From the NCBI RefSeq assembly GCF_964204645.1, contig NW_027437438.1:1-64000 (forward strand): DNA of 64,000 bases, written 5' to 3'. Positions 35,979-47,902 of the stretch are shown here, piece by piece; the first letter of the stretch is position 1; each line of letters starts with the position of its first letter. Under the pieces are notes generated by a model. That model was not told the origin of the DNA and did no database searches. It saw nothing but the letters and a program-made list of their open reading frames with translations. Source of the stretch: Tubulanus polymorphus. Its lineage: Eukaryota; Animalia; Nemertea. The position numbers and the translations under genes were made by a program.

Positions 35979-37638
35979 ATGTCCCAGGTATAATTGATGA
36001 ACCACAACCTGATTTTAATGAAACTAATATTGATAATGATGATGGATCAGCATATAATAATAATTTAAATAATGATGAAGATGATTCTAGTGGGCCTATA
36101 TTATATGATTATGATGAATTTAAAGATGATACTGAAACAAGTGAAAAATTAATAGATTATTTAAGAACCCGCGATGAGATAATAATTAAAACTAGACAAG
36201 AAAGAAAAGAGTTAATTAATAGATTAGAAAGAACAGAAAACCCTGAATTGACAGAAGAATTATTATACATAAAACGTAGTGTAACAAATACAGTTATTGA
36301 AGAATTATTACCAAAAAATGTAACAGCTAACATTGAACCAGAAGATATTTCAGAACAAATTAGAAAAGATGACATACATTTCATGAATAATTTAGAATTT
36401 AAAAATGATTCATGGTATTATAATGTTGAATTAAATAACAAAACTGGATCAATTCAATTATCTTAAATGGAACAAGAAGATCTGTACCATCCTGAAATGT
36501 TAGCAAGATCTACAATTGAACGTTCAAAAGGTGGTTCAGAATTTCTCAGAATTATATGGAATGCACTCGATAGAATAAATGAAGAAGAACCAAATGTCGG
36601 TATTGATATTAACAAATATTCACCATTTAAAAATCCAAATTTAAATCCTACTTATGTTGATCCAGAAATGGAAGAGTATGGAGATCGATTGGATAAATTA
36701 AGAACTTCAACACCAGAAACATCGAGAAGAGATATTCAACAAATTGATAATGATTCAAGTCAATTACAATAAGTAAAACCTTTTGATAGCATGTTAGATA
36801 CAGTTCATTCATTTGAAGACGAGATGAATAGTGTTTTAGATACACCCGGTACGGAAACTGGAACAAATCGAATGCAACTTTCATTAGAAAAAGGATTACT
36901 TGATTTAAATGAAGAACAATTAAAAATATTTCCCGAACAAGCACGTAGAGAAATTAAAGGTATGCAAGAATCAGCTGGTGAAATTGCTAATATTAAGATG
37001 AGATTTTCTAAAATAGCCATGTTAGAAAAAAAATTAACTGATGCAAAGAATTAAAACAATTAGAATTAAATAAGGATCTTCAAGTAATTGGTGATGCTGA
37101 ATATGAATGCAGAAAGTTAGCTTTAGAAAAAGAAATTTATGATTTAAAATATAAAAAAGAATTACAGGAAAAAGAAAGAGATATATTATTGAAATCATAT
37201 GATCTTAATCATATTAAAAAATCAAAAGTTATTTTTAAAGATTTAATAATAAAACCGGATTCTAAAATATCATTAAAAGATAGAAACAAATTATTCTTTA
37301 AATCAGCAGGTATAACAATTCTTTCAATTCTAACAGCTGTAACTATGTTATTCACAACAATAGGTTTAGCCATATCAAATTCATTAAAATCTACACCTAC
37401 ACCCAATAAACCGGATAAACCCCCTAATGATAATAATTCAATACAAGATAAAGTTAAAGATGGTTTGAAGAAATTAGCAAAATATTTATGGGAACTATCT
37501 AAAAAATCTGCTGCAGCTTTACCCAGAATTATTGCATCAATTGTTGGTTATATATTGAAATCTGCAGGAAGTATTATTAACTTTGCTGCTGAACATATTA
37601 TTTTATTTTTAATTACAGTTGTAAGTGCTATTATTATT
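35939..37638 (+). pseudogene. Homolog of the 529-aa membrane protein with divergent N-terminal third, broken
   Basis: Similar at EIPLD..DPLD.PGI and from EMEEY.DRL onward; unalignable by eye in between. Confidence 0.8.
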
Positions 37639-38698
37639 GATATAAAAGTAACTGGTCATGATAATGATTATGTTGTTGATAATGATGGAAGATATTTGAT
37701 TAAAAAATTAACAATAAAGATTGGTCCAGAAACAGTTTTCTCATTAGATGATTATAATTTATTTATGCATTATAAAGATTTATGGTTAACAAAAGAAAAT
37801 AGAAATAATATGATATTTCATGGCATCCAATCAGAAACCATAATGAATTAAGATCAGGAGCTAATGACGCAATACAGTAACTCGTACCGCAGATAATTTA
37901 ATAAAAAGATTTATGGAAGCAAATATAAAATTCCATTAGACTTTGAATTGATAAATAATAATGCACCTTTATATAAATATGCTATACAAGAAGATATTAT
38001 ATTTGAATTAAAATTTGCTCCAGTAAATGAAATTGTATTATCTAGCGTTGTAAGATATGGGATATAAATTATCGAATATATGTTTAGAATATGACACAGT
38101 CACTGATGAAAATATTGCTTGCATAATTCAAACTCTATACAATCAAGGATTTTCATTATTATATGATTATATTGATTAATTTAAAACTGTAACTATTAAT
38201 GCAAGTGATGAAATAATTAATGAGAATATCAACTTCCCAAGAAGATCTATTAAAGGTATATTAATATTTTTTACCATTGCAACATATTCTAATGGTGCAA
38301 TACAGGTTGATAAGTATTATAATCCTGAAATAACAAAAGTAGAAATAACTATTGAAGGTATAGCAAATAAAATATTTTGCCAGGGAATGAGAATGATAGA
38401 TCAATGGCCAGAAATTAGAAAACATTTTATGAATGAAAAAATAAAACCATCTGAAAATTGTAATATTAATCAAATTGATTATTATACCGGCAATAAATAT
38501 GCATTATGGTTAGATTTTAGAACAACAGAGGATAACTTATTACATGGTTCTGGGAAAAAATTACAGAACACTAAAGATGGGATACAATTATTCATGACAA
38601 AGAAAAAAGGAAGTTTGAATTTCAAAATGCACATTTATATCATATCTGACGCCCAATCAAATATTGTAAATTCTCAATTGAATAGTGTTATGTATTAA
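37639..38698 (+). pseudogene. Major capsid protein homolog, N-terminus deleted and fused in frame to the upstream gene
   Basis: ...VVSAIII|DIKVTG...; several frameshifts; intact C-terminus. Confidence 0.85.
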
Positions 38699-38730
38699 AA
38701 TTTTAATTCAAATAAAAATTGTTATGATAA

Positions 38731-39805
38731 ATGGAAGGAGGAATATATGAAATACAAAGTCCAAGTGAAATGATATCAGATATATATTATATAATACCTT
38801 ATGATGAATATAGTAAGTATTTTGGAGAAAACTTTAATCAATTCAAATATAGAATAAGTAAAATAGATAATAATGTTGAACCTAAAATAGAAAATAATAT
38901 TGAAACTAAAATAGAAGATAATATTAAAACATAAATAGATAATAATATTGAATCTAAAATAGAAGATAATATTGAACCTAAAAAAGAAGATAATATTGAT
39001 ACTAAAATAGAAGATAATATTGAAACTAAAATAGAAGATGTAACAGCATCTACTTCTAACTATAAAATAGAAAAATCAAATGTTAAAGATATCATTAGAT
39101 GCACATATTGTGAAGAAGATTTTGATAATTATAATGATTATTTATTGCACATCAAAAAAGATGAACATATTTTACAATTAGTAAAAACATCTTTATATTA
39201 AAAGATAAATGCAAAGAAGACCAAAATTATTGTGCCTTCTGTAATGAATGTATAGCAAAGACTAATTGGTCAAAACATTATAAATTAATAAACAAAAGGT
39301 GGAAATGATTCAGCCCATGCAATACTGGTATTTAAATCTTGGTGTGAAAAATGTAAAGAATATGTAATATATGATAAACAATTGAATCATAAATACTCAA
39401 TTAAACATATAGGTACAGATAATGTAATAGAAAATCCATTAATTATAAATCCAAAATTTAATAAAGTGAATATATTAAATTATCGGTGGTATAGAAAAAC
39501 ATTTATAGATTATTTCTCGAATAATGATATAGTTACCATATTGAAAAAGTTAGATAACTTTAAACCAAATGTAACTCATGCAATGAACTTATTTGAACTT
39601 TAAATATGATGATTTTAGAGAATTTTTAAATAAACATCCATCTAAAACTGAAATCGAAAATTATAATCCAAAAATATTTTCGAGAGCAACATTCAATAAA
39701 TATAAACTCGGGAATCATTTAGGAACTATACCAATATCGATGAAAAGGAGTATATTGTTAGAATATAATAAGCTTAAAGAAAAATATGAAAATGAAAAAG
39801 ATTAA
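38731..39805 (+). pseudogene. Zinc-finger protein with IEDNIETK-type repeat x~7, broken
   Basis: MEGG start, YYIIP, 24-bp repeats ~38860-39039, CTYC...HIKKDEH, CAFC and CEKC motifs. Confidence 0.6.
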
Positions 39806-39825
39806 TTTCTATTTACGTATTGATA

Positions 39826-40140
39826 TACGAGTGTACGAATGGTACGAATGGTACGAACTGTACGAGTGTACGAGTGTACGAGTGTACGAGTTAATAATAT
39901 ATATATTTCACTTTTAAACATACGAATTGGAAGAATAGTACGAGTATGAATATAATATTTGTATTCTATATTAAATTTAGCATAATATATATATTTTATT
40001 AGTTAAAAATATGAATATGATAAATCTGTGGAGACATAGGGGTTATTTGAATATAAGACCCCCCTCTCGTACCCTCGTACACTCGTCCATCCGTTCCATT
40101 CGTACAACTCGTACAATTCGTACACTCGTACCATCCATAC
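39826..40140. repeat. Two oppositely oriented arrays of 8-9 bp GTACGA-core repeats (39826-39890 and 40066-40140)
   Basis: gtgtacgaatggtacgaatggtacgaactgtacgagtgtacgag... and ...ctcgtaccctcgtacactcg...ttcgtacaactcgtacaattcgtacactcgtac. Confidence 0.85.
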
Positions 40141-40209
40141 TATTCAAAATTCTATAATATTTCAAATTTTAAGTAATAAGGTACCTAATACATAAATGCT
40201 TAAAATACC

Positions 40210-40819
40210 TTATTTTATAAATTTATATTCATAAGGAAATTGAAGCCTCAGAAGTAATTTTGAACCTTTATTACTTTTTGATTTATTCATATATTCATTA
40301 GTAAGTCAGTAGGTATAATTTGATTTTCTTCCAATGATTGTTGCATAGATTTTCTATCTTTATTGTAGAATAAAACTAAAAATCTAATGTTTTCTCTAAA
40401 GTCTTTAACAATTGAATTATATTTTTGATTTAAAACCAATGTTGTTATCCCCAATGTCTCCCAGAGAAAGCTAAATAGCATAACTCACTTTCTCTAACTT
40501 TTGAATCATGTAAATTAGCACAATCATCTACAATGAATAATGTATTTGATGCTTTATAAATATCAATTGCTATTTTTATACAATTATCTCAATTTTCTTT
40601 AACTGTTTTAGGATTTAATATAATAAACTTTTTTATCTTAACTATATCTCTATTATATGTTTTATTCATTTCATAAGTGGGGCAGAATAATATTATATTA
40701 TCAAAATGATTCTTATAAATAGTTTCTAACAAATCTAATATAAAATGTGTTTTACCACAGTTGGTTACTCCAGTAACTAACATATTATGCGTTTCAAATA
40801 TAAATAAATCTTTATTCAT
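40210..40819 (-). pseudogene. Packaging ATPase homolog, broken
   Basis: GVTNCGKT etc.; collinear with 8241-8885. Confidence 0.9.
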
Positions 40820-42142
40820 TTATTATCTTAATTTTACTAGATAAAATCCATTCGTTAAATTTGTCATCATACCCTTTATATTTCACCAGAGAATACTTTT
40901 TCCTTTAAGAGTTTTCAATACTTTTTCTATTTCATATTCTATTTCATCTGGATTTGGTACAAGTGATAGTTCTTGTTCATAGAAATAACCTAATATTTCT
41001 TCATCTTTTAAATCTTCTAATTTATAAACAAATGGTTTAGTTAATATTATTCTTTTAATTTTAAATATTTCTTCAGTAAAATTTGGAGTATAACCTTTAT
41101 AAAATCTTTTTCGATATTTAGATATTCTTTCATGTTGTCCTATTTTAAATTTTGGTTCTCCAAAATCATGTGTCACAAATGCTCCTTATAAATTATTCCA
41201 AACTATTTCTGAATTATCTTCTTTTCTAGCTTGTATAGGTTTCATACCATTACTTGAATGTTTAGAATTAACATAACCTTTCACTAAATCATCTAATATA
41301 TCAATATATTTATATGTTTCATTAGCAGTAAAATATTTCCACATTCTAGTTTTCAGTGTTTTATTAAATCTTTCTATAATAGATGCTTTTTTTATCTGAG
41401 TGCGTTGAAAAATATTCTATACTGTTTTCAGATAATAGTTTTTAAAAATGTTTATTATAAAATTCCTTACCTTCATCGAATTGTATCTTACCTGGGATAG
41501 CTTCTTTAAATATATTTTAAAAGCATTTGTAACTTCTATGCCAGTTTTATTTTTGATTGGAATACTCCATGCGTATCTACTGAATATATCTATAACATTC
41601 AGTATACAGAAATATCCTTTGTTGTATTCCTCTAAGTTCTTCATGTCAATCAAATCTGCTTGCCATTGTTGTGTATTCAAAGGTTAACCATAACCTTTCT
41701 TGTTAAATAATTTCTATCCATTATCTTATGGATTTGATATGTTGGTTGATTTTGTTACCTACGATACCAGCGATACCGAGGATACCTGTCTCACGGCCTG
41801 TGAGATCCCAGGTTACCTACGATACCAACCATACCGATGATACCCACGATACCCCTCTCATGGCCTGTGAGACCCCAGGGTACCTATGATACCAACGATA
41901 CCCGTCTCATGGCCTGTGAGATCCCAGGTTACCTACGATACCAACGATACCGATGATACCGCGGATACCCCTCTCATGGCCTGTAAGACCCCAGGGCACC
42001 TATGATACCAACAATATATGAAACCATAACCTTTCTTGTTAAATAATTTCTATCCATTTTCTTATGGATTTGATATGTTGGTTGATTTTGTAACCATAAT
42101 CTCAGTTCACTATATTTTATATTTTCTTTATCAGATTTAATT
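40812..42142 (-). pseudogene. Integrase homolog, broken, interrupted by satellite and 5'-truncated
   Basis: WQADLIDMK..., DFGEPKFKIGQH...; insertion at 41753-42013. Confidence 0.9.
41753..42013. repeat. Displaced copy of the start of the GATACC satellite
   Basis: Nearly identical to ~42861-43120. Confidence 0.85.
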
Positions 42143-42849
42143 CAACGAGAGGCCGCCAGTTGCTCCTCAATCGGTTCGACATAAGCCGGCTGGCGACGGC
42201 AACGCGACGCCTACCGACGCCTACCGACTCGTCGCAAGCCGTATCCGGCTAGTTGCCCATGTTCTACTCCGGCCTACGGTAGGCGGGCAGTTGCTTTTGA
42301 TCGCAGCCGACATAAGCTCATCTGCGATGCGACAGAACTGAGCGCAGGGGTTCCAGCCAATGAGAGACCGCATATACATAGTAAAATTATCACCGCTAGT
42401 TAGCGTCATTCGTAATTAGTCATAAACTTTCAAATTCAAGTAGTTCAAAACGTAATCCAAACCTTCAGCACGGCAGAGGACTGGACCGAAGATCTAGAAA
42501 CGAAATTGGTAGAATTATGGTGTGAGCGGCCATCTTTATAGATGTCGCCAGCACGTTGTATTCAAAACAGAATCAGAAAGATCAAAGTCTTAAAGAAATA
42601 GCTTTTCTAATAGAAATATATTTCCTAATAATTCAAATTTCACGTGACCATGTGAGCCGTTACAGTTGCTAGTAATTGCAACTGACATAAGCAGGGAAGC
42701 AACTGGGAGGATCTCATATCCCGCTAGTCGGCCTCAGTTGCTGCGAATCGGAGCGCAGTCGACAAAAGCTGGGCTGCGATCGCGGTTGCTCTCAGTTGCG
42801 TCGGTAGGAGTCGGTAGGCGTCGCGTTGCTTGTCGACATAAGCCAGCCT
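42143..42849 (+). mobile_element. PIF/Harbinger-like remnant with a MADF/Myb-SANT fragment
   Basis: Inverted ends gcaacgcgacgcctaccgac / gtcggtaggcgtcgcgttgc; right end ...agccagcc followed by TTAA. 42482-42615 reads WTEDLETKLVELWCERPSL(fs)DV...Y...K...LKEIA. Confidence 0.6.
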
Positions 42850-42857
42850 TAAAACTT

Positions 42858-44105
42858 CAGGTTACCTACGATACCAGCGATACCGAGGATACCTGTCTCA
42901 CGGCCTGTGAGATCCCAGGTTACCTACGATACCAACCATACCGATGATACCGAGGATACCCCTCTCATGGCCTGTGAGACCCCAGGGTACCTATGATACC
43001 AACGATACCCGTCTCATGGCCTGTGAGATCCCAGGTTACCTACGATACCAACGATACCGATGATACCGCGGATACCCCTCTCATGGCCTGTAAGACCCCA
43101 GGGCACCTATGATACCAACGATACCGAGGATACCTGTCTCACGGCCTGTGAAATTCCAGGTTACCTGTTATACCTACGATACCCAGGTTGCCCGGGAGTA
43201 ACCTATGATAGCAACGATGCCGAGGATACCTGTCTCACGGCCTGTAAGATCCCAGGGTACCTACGATACCAGCGATACCGAGGATACCCGTCTCACGGCC
43301 TGTAAGATCCCAGGTTACCGACGATACCTACGATACCGAGGATACCTGCCCCATGGCCTGTGAGACTCCAGGTTACCTAAGATACCAACGATACCGAGAA
43401 TACCTGTCTCACGGCCTGTGAGATCCCAGGTTACCTACGATACCAACCATACCGATGATACCGAGGATACCCCTCTCATGGCCTGTGAGACCCCAGGGTA
43501 CCTATGATACCAACGATACCCGTCTCATGGCCTGTGAGATCCCAGGTTACCTACGATACCAACGATACCGATGATACCGCGGATACCCCTCTCATGGCCT
43601 GTAAGACCCCAGGGCACCTATGATACCAACGATACCGAGGATCTGTCTCACGGCCTGTGAAATTCCAGGTTACCTGTTATACCTACGATACCCAGGTTGC
43701 CCGGGAGTAACCTATGATAGCAACGATGCCGAGGATACCTGTCTCACGGCCTGTAAGATCCCAGGGTACCTACGATACCAGCGATACCGAGGATACCCGT
43801 CTCACGGCCTGTAAGATCCCAGGTTACCTACGATACCTACGATACCGAGGATACCTGCCCCATGGCCTGTGAGACTCCAGGTTACCTAAGATACCAACGA
43901 TACCGAGAATACCTGTCTCACGGACTGTGAGACCCCCGGGGTACATGATACCAACGATACCGAGGATACCCGTCTCACGGCCTGTGAGATCCCAGGTTAC
44001 CTACGATACCAACTATACCGATGATACCGAGGATAAGTCATGTCGCACGGCCTGTGAGCCTCCTGGCTACCTGCGATACCCATGATACTGAGGATACCCA
44101 CGATA
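42858..44105. repeat. Satellite with ~47-75 bp monomers and a ~511-bp higher-order repeat
   Basis: Monomer CCAGGTTACCTACGATACCAACGATACCGAGGATACCTGTCTCACGGCCTGTGAGATC; the variant order starting at 42901 recurs at 43412. Confidence 0.92.
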
Positions 44106-45234
44106 TCTTGGAGATTCCCGAAACCTGGACGGAGCGCTCCTGATGTCGTACGTTGGTGAAGCTATCGTTTTGTAGCGTCCTCTTGTGGAGACGCCATTTT
44201 GAATCTGTGTCGAATTACACTGGCTTATAACCGTAGTAGCTCGTATGCAACTCATTTCAGCGCTTCGTCAGATGGTCGTGAGTTAGGTTTTTTTCGCGAG
44301 CTGTCGTGTCCAGTCTTGAGACCTGACATGCAGACAGACCTAAATGACTCTTGGCCAAGCCCAAGGCCAAAGGATCTTTGATTTTGGACAAATGCAAGCA
44401 AGTAAGCCTAATTGAAGTAGTTTAATGAACGCTTCACCACAGCCAATAACCATCTTAGGGGGTAATAGTGTAGATCCGCACCTCTCGTAAATGCACAGAC
44501 AGGGACCTGACAAAAAAATTTTTGACCCCAGTATCCTACGTAGGGTTTTCAAGTGAAAATTTTCCAAACACTATACAAACAATTTAAAAGGCCTAGATGA
44601 AAGAAGGGTTTAATATAAGATCATAGCCATTTACAGAACTAAAATCGTTCAAGCCGTTCAAAAGTTATGAAGGAATTTGTCGGCTGAAAATCGCGCTTCT
44701 CAGCCATAGAGAGTCTTCATTAGGAAATGAACTGAAGGTCACAAGGTCAAATGGTGACCAAATGATCAATTTCTTAGTAAAGAAATAATTGAAAGTAGAA
44801 AAGAAACTTGTAGGCCTATATCTTTGGGAATTGCAGGGTTCGTCGCGGGCAGTGAAAGCAGTGAATAGCAGCGAATTGAAAAAATTCTATTCACGGCTGT
44901 TAATAGCAGTGAATTTTTTAGAAAGGCAGTGGAAATGGGAAAAGGGGCAGTGAATTCGGAAATTTGTTCAATTTTGTCTGAGATTGGCAATTTTAAAATG
45001 TCACGAGAAATTTCGATGAGTTTCGAACAAAAAAATATACGGACGATGTCATGCCGGCGGCAATTCAATTTCATTTTATTCATCGACGTGCCAACCAATT
45101 CAATTTTATTCACGAGTTTTCATTTTTATGGTTGCCATGGCTACCTGGTCCAGGCACCTGTTTCACAAAATTGCAAATGGCGGTGGTTTGCGTTCGGATT
45201 TTTAAAAATCTCTGGCCCGTTACACTGTGGAAAA

Positions 45235-45400
45235 ATGGGAAAGTGTACATTTTAAGATTGGTGGCTTCATCATCCGGAGTACCGTAGCTGGATTGAACGT
45301 GTTCCGAATTGTATTCATAAGTTTAGATGTAGAATTTGCATGAAATCGTACGAACTTGGAGCCGGTGGTTTGGAGCTTTGATATCTCACATGAAAAGTAC
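45235..45400 (+). pseudogene. hAT-type transposase N-terminal zinc-finger remnant
   Basis: MGKCTF*DWWLHHPEYRSWIERV...CRICMKSYELG...ISHMKS. Confidence 0.45.
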
Positions 45401-45726
45401 CCTACACCTATCTGGTGGTTCGATAGTTAAATTAGATGATATGTTTGGCAAAAAAGATCTCAACAACAATCGCTGTGGGAAGTGTGTGCTTTTGAAATGA
45501 CCGTTTCTTCTAAATAATGATTAATGTTTTCATTTGCGTTCAATTATACTAAAGTGGCTACCCATACGTGACTACATACGCACATCATGCGTGAAAGAAT
45601 AGGGTTAGGGTTAGGTGAGGCTACATATAAATTAACTTTCATTGACCCTGCTGTTTTCTATGACTACTGCCATATATTTTTTTATTTGGTTCCGAATCCC
45701 AATCCGGCATTTAGATTTTATTTGGC

Positions 45727-46725
45727 TTTTTAGTCCCAGCAGGCAATTGCGTTCACTTTTCGTCCATCTTCCGTCCGTCCGTAGACGGAATCCAGTTATT
45801 TTGGGAAGTTTTGAAGACGCTTCAATCTAATGTCTTGATATTTGGGTTACACATGTAGGCTACCCTAGACACATCTTCAGCCCAAAAACTGGCCCTGTCA
45901 GAATCAAGATGGCCGACTGGCAGCCATTATTTTTCGCTAAAATCAACACTTTTTACACATTTTTGAACTTTTTGAGGGAAATTTTGAAGACGTTTTGATC
46001 AATTACCTTGATCATTCGGGTGTATGTGAATCCCCCCAGGACCCATCAGCATAACAAAAATTGGGTCAATCGGACTCAAGATGGCCGTCCTAAGACCTTT
46101 TTAAGTGCCCAAAAATGTCAATTTTGGCCCGAATTCTGAGTCCTGTAGCTTCCTACTGGTTTGCCATTTCTCATTGCAATTTGTGATGGGTATTCTTTGA
46201 AAAGGGATGTTTTATAGGCCTACCTGAGACAGGTATTTTTGTTCAGCCAATTATGACGCAATTGGCGGCCATCTTGGTGTCATCAGTACTCATTCGTAGG
46301 TGGGAAAAAGTTTTTCCACATTATAGGCCTATTGATACCTACCGGTAAGCGTATTTTATTACCACAATCAATTAGAAACTTGTAGCACATAATGTGTTCT
46401 ATGATTGTGGTGAGTTTCAAGTTCATTGGTTTTTGTATATGGCCACCAGGGGGCGTTGAATAATACAATATCTTAGTATTTCTATATTATATTCGTATCA
46501 ATGCATATTTTGTAACCACAATCAATTGCAAAGTTGTAGCTCATGACATCATCTATGATTGTGGCAAGTTTTAAGGCCATTAGTTATTCTATATGTTCAC
46601 CAGGGGGCGTTGAATTGTAGAATAACTTAGTATTTCCTATTATTATATTGGTGCCTTGGCATATTTTGTTACCATGATCAATTACAAAGTTATAGTTCGT
46701 GACATGTTCTATGATTGTGCACAAA
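45727..46725. mobile_element. Non-autonomous repeat(s), Helentron/HINE-like, with internal tandem units
   Basis: TTTTTAGTCCC start, (CCGT)n tract, repeated CAAGATGGCCG, and ~156-bp units containing CACCAGGGGGCGTTGAA. Confidence 0.4.
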
Positions 46726-47763
46726 GCTAACACCACCGCAGTTTGATGTGTCTAGTTTAAATTCTGATATAATCTCATTCAGGGTTGATTGTTTACACAA
46801 AAGGACGTACTTTGGTGTGGCAGTAATATTATTGGGATCATGTCTTTTTTCCCAGTGGTTCCATGTTAATATTGTATTTACGGGTATGGATTCACATAAA
46901 TTTTGGATGGTTTTAGAATGATCACCACATTTGTCACATGTTTTTTCGATACAGGGGGGTAAATGAAAACGTGCACCATGGATCGATAACGCGCGCAACT
47001 TGTATCTGACGTTCTGGCAGTACACACATTCACACGTTTCTAATGTGGTGTTTAATTTTCGGACATTCTTAGGACGTAGCAAAGTGAATTTTGTTAGGCC
47101 AATTTTAACGTCAGGATTTTCCTTATGGAATATTTGAAAGGCCGTCAAAATTGATACTTGCATTGAATATCCGGGACCATGTTTGTTCGCATATCGCTTC
47201 GATGGAAGAACACGAGAGATGTCCTCCCGATGATAGAACGATATAACCTTGTCGATATTTATTGCGCTCAACGCATCAGATCGTCTATTGCGCATTCCAC
47301 CGCGCTTGACTGCGCGGCTTATAGTTTTCCAATCGATTTTATAAACACGAGCCAAGTAGCGGTAACTGGATTTAATTCTAGCGATATATCGTAATGCGGC
47401 ACTGCTATAGACTTTCTTTACTTTAGCCCGACGTATGGGAATTTCTCGGCCGACCATTTTCGTGTATAATGATTTTATGATTTTTCTTCTTTTACTCGGC
47501 GATTTTGGGAGATTTTTCTTCGCTCGCGAAAGATCATCATATTTTGTTTGTTGTACCCTATACGAAGATGATTCTGCCGGTAAATGAGTGTCGGGACTAG
47601 CTTTTGATGTTTGAATTACATCATACAATTGTTTTTTTGCATGATAGCGCCGACGCTCTTTTTCGTTTCTACGACGCTTTTTCTGCGCCGACTGACGTGC
47701 TCTTAATTCTCTTTGTCTTATTTTCCAGTACTTTCGTTTTTGATCGACAGTTGACCGGGTCAC
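46726..47763 (-). pseudogene. N-terminal half of a Sola-like DNA transposase, truncated before the catalytic domain
   Basis: Basic N-terminus, LPKSPSKR, V..FY..DISR.LP.K, IG.TKF..LRPK.V, CxCxxCxN, CxxCG. Superfamily assignment is from recall and tentative. Confidence 0.55.
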
Positions 47764-47902
47764 ATTTTGTTTGTTTTTTTCTTTTGGTGTCAGTTTTATT
47801 ATCGGAAACCTGCCCGCAGGTGCTTGAGAGGCAGCACTGGCTAGTTTTTTTTTTCTCTAGACTTTCTATTTCGCTCCCTGGCGGCAGCTAGGTCCCTTTC
47901 TT

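Larger units (their letters stand above)
33508..42142. mobile_element. Polinton element 2, partial and rearranged; no TIR or pPolB seen
   Basis: Structural gene block on plus (33508-39805) in the same order as element 1; ATPase and integrase on minus (40210-42142); many stops and frameshifts. Confidence 0.9.

Noticed and set aside
42858-44105. CRISPR-like array (hairpin-bearing repeats)
   Set aside because: No unique spacers and no cas genes; the units are satellite monomers. ORFs 43060-43305 and 43620-43814 are repeat artefacts.
45604-45615. Telomeric TTAGGG repeat
   Set aside because: Only about two units, inside a dispersed repeat also present near 5510-5577 and 1040-1110.
46442-46612. 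Functional CTCF sites (CCACCAGGGGGCG)
   Set aside because: Motif-like but inside tandem units of a repeat; function cannot be supported from sequence alone.
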